Position numbers and translations under genes: made by a program | Notes under the pieces: generated by a model | What the model saw: the letters and a program-made list of their open reading frames with translations, nothing else | Told to the model about the DNA's origin: nothing | Databases searched by the model: none | In this document: one piece after another, positions 49,113 through 57,484 of the stretch | How positions within the stretch are numbered: the stretch's first letter is position 1 | How the letters are laid out: each line of letters begins with the position of its first letter | Assembly (NCBI GenBank): GCA_965261545.1 | Contig: CBDHDF010000002.1 | Location: forward strand, 800,001 to 864,000 | Source of the DNA: Bdellovibrionales bacterium | GTDB lineage: Bacteria; Bdellovibrionota; Bdellovibrionia; Bdellovibrionales; UBA1609 | Direction: 5' to 3' | DNA: 64,000 bases

Positions 49113-50318
49113 ATGAAAAAGCAAAAAACATTCTTACTTATGCTCATCTATCTTTTCTTTCTTTCTTTAGTGGCTTGTCTTCAACAAAAGAGTGTATTTG
49201 ATGGGCAAGATCTTGAGAATAAAAACAACCCAACCGTGGCTCAGTTTCCAAATCCAAATCATGGTACAAATTATCCTGAGCCAGGTTTGCCATCTGGTCC
49301 CAAAGAGCCCGGTGAACCTGAACTAGGTTTGCCATCTGATCCCAAAGAACCCGGTGAACCTGAGCTAGGTTTGCCATCTGGTCCCAAAGAGCCCGGCGAA
49401 ACTGTGAGAGGTGAAGGACCTACAATCGAGTTTCTACAGGCTCCGGTGGATCATAAAGAGAATGAAGAATCCCTTGTGAGCTTTTTAGTGACAGATCCAG
49501 ATGGGGTCGATGCCGTTCAATGCCAACTGCTCAACAATGAAGAGCCTAAGGACTGTGGCGTATCACACTCAGAAGTTTTAAAAGACCTTAGTGTTGGAAA
49601 ACATAGCTTTCGTGTCATGGCTATTGATAATCAGGGCCATATAAGCACGAAAAGTCATTCTTGGTATGTAAATACCGAAGACGTCATTTGCGACCCCTTT
49701 AAAGAAGGTGAAGATGATTGCTCTTCCTCCCAGCTCAACGGACTTACTGGATACATATACTATCTGCCTAGTCTCGGCTTTGGCCCTCGATCGTTAGTTC
49801 GCAGTGTGGCCAAGCTTGATGATTACTTAAAATATGGAAAAAGGGTTCCAACATTGCTCCATATGAGTCAGATCAATATTCCCGCAAGAGGTTTTCGCGA
49901 TGGCTTTCGATCTAGTAATGGCGATATCATTCAAGATGTGAATGGCAATACGCTGCATGAATGGTTTTCACTGCGCCTCTCGGCGGTGATTGTACCAAAT
50001 AGAGGGTCAAAGCAACAAGCTTATGAATTTGCCACATTGTCCGATGATGGAATGCGAGTGGTTATTGATGGAAAGGTCATTTTAAACGATGATGGACTCC
50101 ACTCTCCTCGATGGAAATGCTCTTCTCAATCTTATGTCTTTGCACCTTTTGAAGAAAAGAAAATCGAGATTCATTACTTCCAAGGGCCTGCACACGAAAT
50201 TGCTATGACGCTTCGATACCGCGTGAAGGGTCTGCAAACAGGCTGTCCTTATAGAAGGCATCAGCCGGGACGTGGTTGGAAAGAGATACCTCCTGAAGTT
50301 TTTTCTTCTTCCGAGTGA
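49113..50318 (+). CDS. PA14-domain lipoprotein with Pro/Glu repeats and an Ig-like segment
   Basis: Lipobox LVAC; YEFATLSDDG.R..IDG..I.NDDG.H, I.YFQGP. Confidence 0.85.
   Translation: MKKQKTFLLMLIYLFFLSLVACLQQKSVFDGQDLENKNNPTVAQFPNPNHGTNYPEPGLPSGPKEPGEPELGLPSDPKEPGEPELGLPSGPKEPGETVRGEGPTIEFLQAPVDHKENEESLVSFLVTDPDGVDAVQCQLLNNEEPKDCGVSHSEVLKDLSVGKHSFRVMAIDNQGHISTKSHSWYVNTEDVICDPFKEGEDDCSSSQLNGLTGYIYYLPSLGFGPRSLVRSVAKLDDYLKYGKRVPTLLHMSQINIPARGFRDGFRSSNGDIIQDVNGNTLHEWFSLRLSAVIVPNRGSKQQAYEFATLSDDGMRVVIDGKVILNDDGLHSPRWKCSSQSYVFAPFEEKKIEIHYFQGPAHEIAMTLRYRVKGLQTGCPYRRHQPGRGWKEIPPEVFSSSE
49275..49400 (+). repeat. 42-nt (14-aa) tandem repeat x3
   Basis: PE(P/L)GLPS(G/D)PKEPGE units at 49275, 49317 and 49359. 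Confidence 0.95.
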
Positions 50319-50561
50319 CTTACGAAGCCTGGAGGACGAAGAAGCCTCATGAATATAAAACTCTTTAGGCCCCATGGCCACGGTGGTGTGTGCCCTTTTA
50401 TGTCACTGACTACCTATGGACAAGACTCCATTCTTATTTCAATAATTTCAATAGTTTAGTTCTGTTCTGCTCCACTGTAACTTTAAAAATGTTTCCATAG
50501 TTGACGAGTGACAAAAAGGGGCTCCTATCCTTCTTCTGGAAGAAGGCTTTAAAAAACTCAT

Positions 50562-50619
50562 TCATTTCAATAATTTATAAAATTTTTAGAATGAAAGAGC
50601 CTTTGGCATCCATCTTGCC
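50562..50619 (+). promoter_or_regulatory. Candidate sigma54 promoter with upstream IHF-like site
   Basis: TTGGCATCCATCTTGC (50603-50618); TTTCAATAATTTA (50565-50577) is one mismatch from WATCAANNNNTTR. Confidence 0.7.
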
Positions 50620-50631
50620 TTATAGAAAGGT

Positions 50632-51303
50632 ATGATGAAAAAACAAATCCAAAACAAAAAAAGAAGCAAGAAACGCCAACCCCTAAGGCTTGCCACATTC
50701 ACAGTGGTGGCCCTTTTTCTTCTCCAAGGTTGTGGACTGAGTCATGTAGATCCCGAGGAGTCCTGTAATTTTATGCAGAGCAAAGAGCAACAAAGACTCT
50801 CCTGGGGTGAGAATGTACCTGTCACAGTTCATATCCACAAAAGTGTTCCCCGAAAATTTCGCCAAGATATCATTGAGGCCATGGAGCATTGGAACCAGCA
50901 AATGGGACGAACTCTTCTTGAATTAGGTATTGAGGGTATAAATGGAGCCTCTCTTCCTAAGCGAGATGGTCACTCTATTGTCTATTGGTTAAATACTTGG
51001 GATAAAACACCCAGTGCTGAACAAGGACGAACGACAGTGTACTCCCGTGGTGCAAGAATTCACGAGGCTGATATTCGTATTAATAATAGAGATTTTGACT
51101 TTTTCTCAACAAACGACTTTTCTGAACAGGCCACTTGGTCGAAGGTCCATGTAAAAAGCCTTCTTATCCATGAGTTTGGGCACTTTCTTGGCCTTGATCA
51201 CGATGACTCCCATGGCAGTGTTATGAACAGTGGGCTTGCCAGTGGTGCCATTCGAGACCATGTAAGTTCACAGGATATCGAATCTTTAAGTTGTGAGTAT
51301 TAA
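50632..51303 (+). CDS. Matrixin-family (M10-like) metalloprotease lipoprotein
   Basis: Lipobox LQGC; HEFGHFLGLDH and Met-turn SVM. Confidence 0.92.
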   Translation: MMKKQIQNKKRSKKRQPLRLATFTVVALFLLQGCGLSHVDPEESCNFMQSKEQQRLSWGENVPVTVHIHKSVPRKFRQDIIEAMEHWNQQMGRTLLELGIEGINGASLPKRDGHSIVYWLNTWDKTPSAEQGRTTVYSRGARIHEADIRINNRDFDFFSTNDFSEQATWSKVHVKSLLIHEFGHFLGLDHDDSHGSVMNSGLASGAIRDHVSSQDIESLSCEY

Positions 51304-51564
51304 AAATAAAGAACTTGTGGACTCCTCCCCCCACAACCACGTGCGTTTTACATGAACTTTCTTCAATATGCTGACTAATTTTTAACAACCTAAAAAATTA
51401 AGTTTATGGATCCAAATAAGTGAGCTTATTCAATGCCTTAGGTCAATGCACTGCTGCAAAAGTTCATGGGAGTTCAAAAAGCTCTTAAAATTTTACAATG
51501 CACAGCCTCAAGGAGCTTTTAAAAAGAGATGAAATCAAAATAAAAAGTATTTGAGAAGATTATG

Positions 51565-51581
51565 TTGGCACGAGACTTGCT
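51565..51581 (+). promoter_or_regulatory. sigma54 promoter (consensus match)
   Basis: TTGGCACGAGACTTGCT = TGGCACG-N4-TTGCW. Confidence 0.85.
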
Positions 51582-51591
51582 ATTATACTTT

Positions 51592-51650
51592 AAACATTCC
51601 CCCCTTGGCGGCCTGGTTCCCCTCCTTTATTCCAGGCCGTCATTTTTTTT
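51592..51650 (+). ncRNA. Candidate sigma54-dependent small RNA with anti-SD loop
   Basis: Lies between the sigma54 promoter and an intrinsic terminator; no ORF; C-rich tracts UUCCCCCCUU and UUCCCCUCCUUUAUU. Confidence 0.65.
51606..51650 (+). terminator. Rho-independent terminator
   Basis: 11-bp stem TGGCGGCCTGG/CCAGGCCGTCA (one G-U), 15-nt loop, then T8. Confidence 0.85.
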
Positions 51651-51737
51651 CTCCCACGGATTTAGATCGGATTTAGCTTTTGGAAAGTCCCAATCTGGCC
51701 TAGGGTTCCAACCTCAATTGAACTAAAATAGTTAGAT

Positions 51738-52541
51738 ATGCCGTACCTATCGTACCTCAACTGCTCTTTTTACCTCTTTCTTCTCTTGCTTTTCTTTCTT
51801 TTCCTCCCATCGAGTTGGGGTTATCACATATTGTTGGACCCAGGCCACGGAGGAATTGACCAGGGAACCACCCTAGGGATTTACCGCGAGTCTCAAATGA
51901 CCCTACAAGTGTCTCGGCTCCTCAAAGAAAAATTCGATCAAGACTCCGATTTCAAAGTCACATTGAGCCGCAACAAAAATGAGCTTCTATCTCTTCAAAG
52001 GCGAGTGGACCTGGCCCATAGTCAAGGGGCTGATCTCTTTGTAAGTATTCATGTGAATGCCTCCTCAGATCCACGAGTTCGAGGCAGTGAAATTTACTTC
52101 AAAAACCAGTTCACCCCCGACAAGGAAACTCTGATTCATACGGCCCATGAGCTTATAAGTTTTCAAAAAGGAAAAATAGCTCACAAAGCTTCCATGAAGA
52201 TACCTCGACAAGGAGGGTTGCAAGAGGAGGTGGTTGAAATTCTTCGGGATCTCAATAGAAACAACCACTTGTTCTTTAGTGGGGAGTTGGCAAAAGCGAT
52301 TGCCAGAAATTGGCAAGTTCCCGAAAGCTCTATGCGTGGCATTCGCCAGGCTCCTTTTTTTGTTGTCAGCCATGCTCATATGCCATCTATTCTTATCGAA
52401 CTTGGCTTTATCACCCACAAAAGAGAGGCTCAGCTTCTCCAGCAACGAGAGTATCAGATTCAAATTGCCCATTCTATTTACAAGGGAATTAAGGAATATA
52501 AAAAATCTATTAGACAAAATCATTATCGGCCCTTAGACTAA
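51738..52541 (+). CDS. Exported N-acetylmuramoyl-L-alanine amidase (Amidase_3, AmiA/C-like)
   Basis: Signal peptide; LLDPGHGG.D.G, E, FVSIHVNA, RQAPFFV, MPSILIELGF. Confidence 0.92.
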   Translation: MPYLSYLNCSFYLFLLLLFFLFLPSSWGYHILLDPGHGGIDQGTTLGIYRESQMTLQVSRLLKEKFDQDSDFKVTLSRNKNELLSLQRRVDLAHSQGADLFVSIHVNASSDPRVRGSEIYFKNQFTPDKETLIHTAHELISFQKGKIAHKASMKIPRQGGLQEEVVEILRDLNRNNHLFFSGELAKAIARNWQVPESSMRGIRQAPFFVVSHAHMPSILIELGFITHKREAQLLQQREYQIQIAHSIYKGIKEYKKSIRQNHYRPLD

Positions 52542-52659
52542 AATTTCGTAGCTTTCGTAGCTATCGATAAAATTCAACAGTTATACCTTTTATAGTTTAT
52601 GACTTTTATGGCTTCTTTTTGGCTTTTATGCTTCTAAAACAAAGAATCAGTGAGGAATT

Positions 52660-53397
52660 ATGAGAACAGATGGTCGACAGCCCCAAGAAATTCGTCCCCT
52701 CAAACTCAAAGCTGAGTGCAATCGCTATGCCGAGGGCAGTGTCCAAATACAGATGGGAGAAACCATCTTGCACTGTACAGCCTCAGTGGAAGAGCGAGTT
52801 CCCAAGTGGCTCCATGGGTCAGGTGAAGGATGGGTGACAGGAGACTACGGAATGCTTCCGCGCTCCACCCATTCACGCATACAAAGAGAGAGAGCCCTTC
52901 ACAGCGGCCGCACCCAGGAAATTTCTCGCTTTATTGGCCGCAGCTTGAGAGCCGCTGTTGATTTAAAAAAGCTAGGGGAAAGGCAAATTTATGTGGATTG
53001 TGATGTTATTCAAGCCGATGGGGGCACCCGAGTGGCTGCCATCACAGGGGGCTTTATTGCCCTTGCCCTTGCCCTTAAGTTTCTCCATGAGCAAAAGAAA
53101 ATTTCAAGCCTACCTCTTAAACACTATGTATCGGCCATCAGTGTGGGGATACAGGGGGAGACTCCCCTTTTGGACCTCAACTATGATGAAGATTCAAATA
53201 TCAGCACAGATATGAACTTTGTGATGATGGAATCCGGTCGTTTTATTGAAATCCAGGGAACCGCTGAAATGGCTCCCTTTTCCCAGGATCAATTGGGAGC
53301 CATGATTTTACTTGCTAAAGCGGGTTGTCAGCAGTTATTTAAGGCACAGTCAGAGGTGCTCAAGGACTTTTTCCCACTGCAAGCCACATCCCAATGA
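52660..53397 (+). CDS. rph: Ribonuclease PH
   Basis: MRTDGR, AEGS, YGMLPRST, GRTQEI.R.IGRSLR, DCDVIQADGGTR, EIQGTAE. Confidence 0.97.
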   Translation: MRTDGRQPQEIRPLKLKAECNRYAEGSVQIQMGETILHCTASVEERVPKWLHGSGEGWVTGDYGMLPRSTHSRIQRERALHSGRTQEISRFIGRSLRAAVDLKKLGERQIYVDCDVIQADGGTRVAAITGGFIALALALKFLHEQKKISSLPLKHYVSAISVGIQGETPLLDLNYDEDSNISTDMNFVMMESGRFIEIQGTAEMAPFSQDQLGAMILLAKAGCQQLFKAQSEVLKDFFPLQATSQ

Positions 53398-54002
53398 TAC
53401 TTTGGATAGCGAGTTCAAACAAAGGCAAAGTGGGCGAATTTAAAAAACTCTTGCAAAACTTAGGGCCTTCAAACTTAACACCTCCCTCTTGGGAAGTTCA
53501 CTCTCAGAGTGAGCTTTCAACCTATTTTTCTCCTCCTGAAACAGGAGATAGCTTTGAGGCCAATGCACGCCTCAAAGCCAAGTCCCTCCATGGTGTGAAA
53601 AAAGACAGTTGGGTGATGGCTGACGACTCAGGTTTGGAAGTCTGTAGCCTCAACAACCTTCCAGGTATTTATTCCGCTCGCTATGCAGGAGAAAAGGCAA
53701 CGGACTTAGAAAATAACATGAAAGTTTTAAAGATGCTCAATTTGCGCTGCCCCCATAAGCGACAGGCAAAATTTCGCTGTGTCATTGTGGCCTACTCCCC
53801 CAATGGCCAGGAGTATCTCACCGAAGGGATTCTGAATGGTGAGATCAGTGAGACAATGAAAGGCAAAGGGGGTTTTGGCTATGACAGTGTTTTTATTCCC
53901 GAAGGTCATAATCAAACTTTAGCTGAACTGGGAAGTCTTGTGAAAAACAAAATATCCCACCGTCACCAAGCCTTCAACCAGTTGATGGCTGACCTTATAT
54001 GA
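53394..54002 (+). CDS. rdgB: Non-canonical purine NTP pyrophosphatase
   Basis: S.N.GK..E, ETG.SF..NA..KA, ADDSGL, PGIYSARYAG, GFGYD..F, KNKISHR. Confidence 0.96.
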   Translation: MILWIASSNKGKVGEFKKLLQNLGPSNLTPPSWEVHSQSELSTYFSPPETGDSFEANARLKAKSLHGVKKDSWVMADDSGLEVCSLNNLPGIYSARYAGEKATDLENNMKVLKMLNLRCPHKRQAKFRCVIVAYSPNGQEYLTEGILNGEISETMKGKGGFGYDSVFIPEGHNQTLAELGSLVKNKISHRHQAFNQLMADLI

Positions 54003-54003
54003 T

Positions 54004-54014
54004 CGTAACATTCA
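54004..54014. repeat. 11-bp direct repeat, left copy
   Basis: CGTAACATTCA, identical to 56128-56138; contains the stop codon of the DUF285 gene. Confidence 0.85.
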
Positions 54015-55940
54015 CTGGCCTGGACCTCCATCGGTAATGCTCCAACCTTTACCTCTTAAGCTTGTACGAGCGGTGACCCCACTGGCATCGTATTTTAATG
54101 TGCCCATATTCATATTCTTGTCGCTTGCACTGGGTGTCCTTCTGTCAAATTCTATTAGAAATTTTGAATAATTTGTAGCAGACAACCCTGATAATAGAAA
54201 CATCTGATTTACAGAAGAATTTGCGCGCCTAAAGTCCCATCCACTTGTGTTTGGATTTGCTCTCCCGGCACGATAAAACATCTTGAACATACTCTCAACT
54301 CTGGATGTATCCCAACCACTGACGTCTGGGTTGGCACTTGTGGCATCCTCAAACATAGTTCTCATATCTGTGACATTAGAAGTATTCCAATTACTTGTGT
54401 TTGGGGTTGCCCTTGTGGCACCATCAAACATAGTTCTCATATCTGTGACACGAGAGGTATTCCAATTACTTGTGTTTGGGTTTGCACTTGTGGCATCCTC
54501 AAACATACCTCTCATATCTGTGACACTAGAAGTATCCCAACCACTTGTGTCTGGGTTTGCACTTGTGGCATCCTTAAACATACCGCTCATATCTGTGACA
54601 TTAGAAGTATCCCAACCGCTTGTGTTTGGGTTGGCATTGGTGGTGCGAGAAAATATCCATCGCATACTCGAAACTTTGGATGTATCCCAACCACTTGTGT
54701 CTGGGTTGGCATTGTTGGCATGATCAAACATACCTCTCATATCTGTGACGTTAGAAGTATCCCAACCACTTGTGTCTGGGTTGACCCTGGAAGCATTACT
54801 AAATAGGTTATACATAGTTGTAACATTGGATGTATTTCCACCAAAGACATTTAAGAGAAAACGATTCTCTTTAAAAGCTTCAGAGAGGATTTCCCACCCC
54901 ATATTTCCTAGGTTGAGTACCTCAAGCAGACGGTTTCGTGTGGAGTCTGAGGCGTTTGTAAATCCTTCGCATATGCCTTGGATCTTGACTGTATATGTTC
55001 CAGCGCTTTGATAGGTATGCACTTTGTCTGAATCATCAAAAGATGTGACCTCACTGGAACTGCTTCCATCACCCCAATCCACAGTAAAATTATATATTAA
55101 TGACGAATTTCTTCTAAGAGGTATAGTGAATTGAAAGTTATCTGGAAATTTCCACTTTGTCACAAAAATATTAATATTATTATCTACGGAGGAAGTGACT
55201 GTCTTGCCTTCACTTTGACTTGCTTTGATGGCAGTAGGATGAGATGATACATCTTCGACATTAAAAACTCCTAAAAATGTATTTCTTGAATCACAAGGTA
55301 AATCTTTTTCCACATTTGGCTTTCCAATAACGATTGTAACATTTCCAAGGCTTGATTTACAAGTTCCACTTATAATATATTGATTCATATTGGTGGAAGA
55401 AAGTGGAAGCAATGAGGATAATTCTAGTGCATCAGGGAAGATGATATTATTTGCAACAGTGGTACTTGTTTTTTCATTTTCATGGGTAACTCTGATGGTA
55501 GCTTCTTTTGAAATTACCTTTCTTGCGTCGGTAGTTCCTGTAAAGACATTGGAGTTACAAGGCACTTCTACGGAAGTTGTTTTAGGTGTTTCAATGACTA
55601 TGGATACGCTTTCGTTTGTATTTGAATTGCAAGTTCCACTTACCGTATAGGTTTCTGCATTGGATGAAGAAATAGGTGGCAATGATGCATTGATACCCAA
55701 TGTGGGAGTTTGAGAAGTACTTCTAGGAGTGTTCTCAGAAGTACTTCCAGGAGTGTTCTCAGAGGCATTTCCAGGAGTGTTCTCAGGAGGATCTACGGGA
55801 ATCTCAATGGAGGGTTGAACAAACTTCTTTGATTGTTTTTTACTAGAGCGACTCTTGCAACCTACACCCACAAATACAACCAAAGATAAACTGAGTAGAA
55901 AGTAAAAATAATTATCTTTATATTTCATATTTTTTTTCAT
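54012..55940 (-). CDS. DUF285/BspA-type repeat surface lipoprotein with Ig-like and PKD-like domains
   Basis: Lipobox GVGC; FVTKW..VDWGDG..HTY..AGTYTV; 25-aa repeats NPDTSGWDTSNVTDM.GMF; RBS AGGAAGG. Confidence 0.9.
   Translation of the reverse strand: MKKNMKYKDNYFYFLLSLSLVVFVGVGCKSRSSKKQSKKFVQPSIEIPVDPPENTPGNASENTPGSTSENTPRSTSQTPTLGINASLPPISSSNAETYTVSGTCNSNTNESVSIVIETPKTTSVEVPCNSNVFTGTTDARKVISKEATIRVTHENEKTSTTVANNIIFPDALELSSLLPLSSTNMNQYIISGTCKSSLGNVTIVIGKPNVEKDLPCDSRNTFLGVFNVEDVSSHPTAIKASQSEGKTVTSSVDNNINIFVTKWKFPDNFQFTIPLRRNSSLIYNFTVDWGDGSSSSEVTSFDDSDKVHTYQSAGTYTVKIQGICEGFTNASDSTRNRLLEVLNLGNMGWEILSEAFKENRFLLNVFGGNTSNVTTMYNLFSNASRVNPDTSGWDTSNVTDMRGMFDHANNANPDTSGWDTSKVSSMRWIFSRTTNANPNTSGWDTSNVTDMSGMFKDATSANPDTSGWDTSSVTDMRGMFEDATSANPNTSNWNTSRVTDMRTMFDGATRATPNTSNWNTSNVTDMRTMFEDATSANPDVSGWDTSRVESMFKMFYRAGRANPNTSGWDFRRANSSVNQMFLLSGLSATNYSKFLIEFDRRTPSASDKNMNMGTLKYDASGVTARTSLRGKGWSITDGGPGQ
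54231..54782 (-). repeat. 75-nt (25-aa) intragenic repeats, seven full plus one partial
   Basis: TATCCCAACC-type anchors recur every 75 nt (e.g. 54533, 54608, 54683, 54758). Confidence 0.92.
55712..55787 (-). repeat. 24-nt (8-aa, ENTPGxxS) tandem repeat, about three copies
   Basis: AGGAGTGTTCTCAG recurs at 24-nt spacing. Confidence 0.85.
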
Positions 55941-56127
55941 AGCTGTTGCTTCCTTCCTAATTTTTTCTGAGTCTCCTAATCATATGGCGAAAGAAGTTTT
56001 CTTTCAGATATTGGAGATTTATATTGGTTATTCATCTAGAAACATTCAGATTTTATTTTTATAAAAAATTATAATGACTATTAATCGGTTGAATAAAATT
56101 AAATAATAAGGTTTTATCAAAAAAATA

Positions 56128-56138
56128 CGTAACATTCA
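56128..56138. repeat. 11-bp direct repeat, right copy
   Basis: CGTAACATTCA; marks the switch from AT-rich to GC-richer sequence. Confidence 0.85.
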
Positions 56139-56311
56139 TGGGGGGCCAGTTCGAGTCATAATGGACCTAAGGACTTGTAACGGAGTGTGACCTCCCAAGT
56201 CCCAAGAAGAAGCGGTTCCCATAAATCGCCTTTGGTATTCAACCTGAAATGTCCCTCAGTTATCGCTAGGTTTCAGGCCCAAGATCTTGAATTGGGTGTT
56301 CCCATCGGGTG
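56133..56311 (+). ncRNA. Candidate structured non-coding RNA (~180 nt; 6S-sized, family unassigned)
   Basis: The two ends pair over about 22 bp with several G-U pairs, which favours the + strand; three internal hairpins; no ORF. Confidence 0.55.
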
Positions 56312-56345
56312 GAAAAAACACTAAAAGATTCTAAAACAATTTCAC

Positions 56346-57323
56346 CTAGACACGAAATCCATGGGGAAGGCCCTTTGTCGCAATGCTGGTGGCATTGTGA
56401 GGGTGAAGGCTTTCAAGGTGTTCCACTTGAATCCAATAATCGAGAACACGGCTATCTTTTTCTAATTCCTTTCGAATTTTTCGGATGGCATCTTCACAAA
56501 ACATGAGTTGAGAGCCATTACGTCGGGCAAATTCTTGTTCGTCTTGGCGTTTGACCACAGTTTGAACAGGCGTCCCAAGGCTTTCTTCCACAAGATCGAT
56601 AAAATGAATGGGAGACTCAACTTCTTGGCCCACTTCCAACTTGAGACGAGCGTGGCTGCGCTGGGCATGGGGGGTGGCCACCATGGAACTTTCTTCACCC
56701 AGCCATTGGGTGACATCCTCCATATTGACGGTATGTTGATTGGCAAAGTCTTTCGCAAATTGCTTTTGAATCAATTGCCTGGCAAGGGCTGCCGAACATG
56801 GACAGGTGCTGGAGTATGTGGCTTCTAAGAAGGCAAAAAATTGGATCGGGCCAGTGGATCCAGCTCCATCACGGCCATCATGGGTTTTTGTGGCTGATAG
56901 AGCCACAGGATATTGCCTCCAACCCCATTTGTCACTGATGAGGGCCTTTCTTTGAACAGGCCAATCAAATTTAACACATACAGAAGCAGAGTCACTGATT
57001 CCCTTCTGGGACTGGATAAATTCTTCTATGAGTTCCCCAAGTTGTTGAAAAGTCAATAACTCCGAATCAAGTCGCTTCTGAAGAGCCAAGTACAGGCGAG
57101 ACATGTGAATCCCTCGCACCCGAGAGGCATTGAGATTGACAAAAGCGTCCACTTTGGCCGAGGAACGAAATCGCTCCCCACTGAGAGGCTCTAGAATCCA
57201 TATGGGCAACTCAATGTCTGTCATACCCACACGCTCAAGGGGACCCCAGGAGTCCACAAGGGTTTCTTGAGAAACATCTGGCATAGATGGCATAGATGGC
57301 ATAGGTGGCATAGAACTCCTCAT
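56346..57323 (-). CDS. folE2: GTP cyclohydrolase IB
   Basis: MPDV, LERVGM, RGIHMSRLY, YSSTCPCSAALARQL, ATPHAQRS, VKR.DEQEFA..NG..LMFCEDA.R, HLESLH.HNA. Start is among several nearby ATGs. Confidence 0.94.
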   Translation of the reverse strand: MRSSMPPMPSMPSMPDVSQETLVDSWGPLERVGMTDIELPIWILEPLSGERFRSSAKVDAFVNLNASRVRGIHMSRLYLALQKRLDSELLTFQQLGELIEEFIQSQKGISDSASVCVKFDWPVQRKALISDKWGWRQYPVALSATKTHDGRDGAGSTGPIQFFAFLEATYSSTCPCSAALARQLIQKQFAKDFANQHTVNMEDVTQWLGEESSMVATPHAQRSHARLKLEVGQEVESPIHFIDLVEESLGTPVQTVVKRQDEQEFARRNGSQLMFCEDAIRKIRKELEKDSRVLDYWIQVEHLESLHPHNATSIATKGLPHGFRV

Positions 57324-57484
57324 TTGTAACACTTGTTTTTGTAAACACTTGTTAAGTGATTTGTAAATTGGTATTTTGGTATTTGGCTCTACTGTCCACA
57401 GCAAAACTGGAAATGAGGGTATCGGAGAAAAAGAGAAAAGAGAAGAACAAAAAAGCAAAAGTCAAAAAGTCAAAGGACAAAGCT

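Noticed and set aside
54231..54782. Regular 75-nt repeats as a possible CRISPR array or DGR template/variable pair
   Set aside because: They are in-frame coding repeats with no unique spacers, and there is no cas or reverse transcriptase gene in the window.
56141..56160. GTTCGAG as a tRNA T-loop downstream of rph-rdgB
   Set aside because: No T-stem, cloverleaf or CCA end.
56126..56311. Integron attC site (TAAC followed by a long imperfect palindrome)
   Set aside because: No matching GTTRRRY at the far end, longer than typical attC sites, wrong position relative to the adjacent gene, and no integron integrase.
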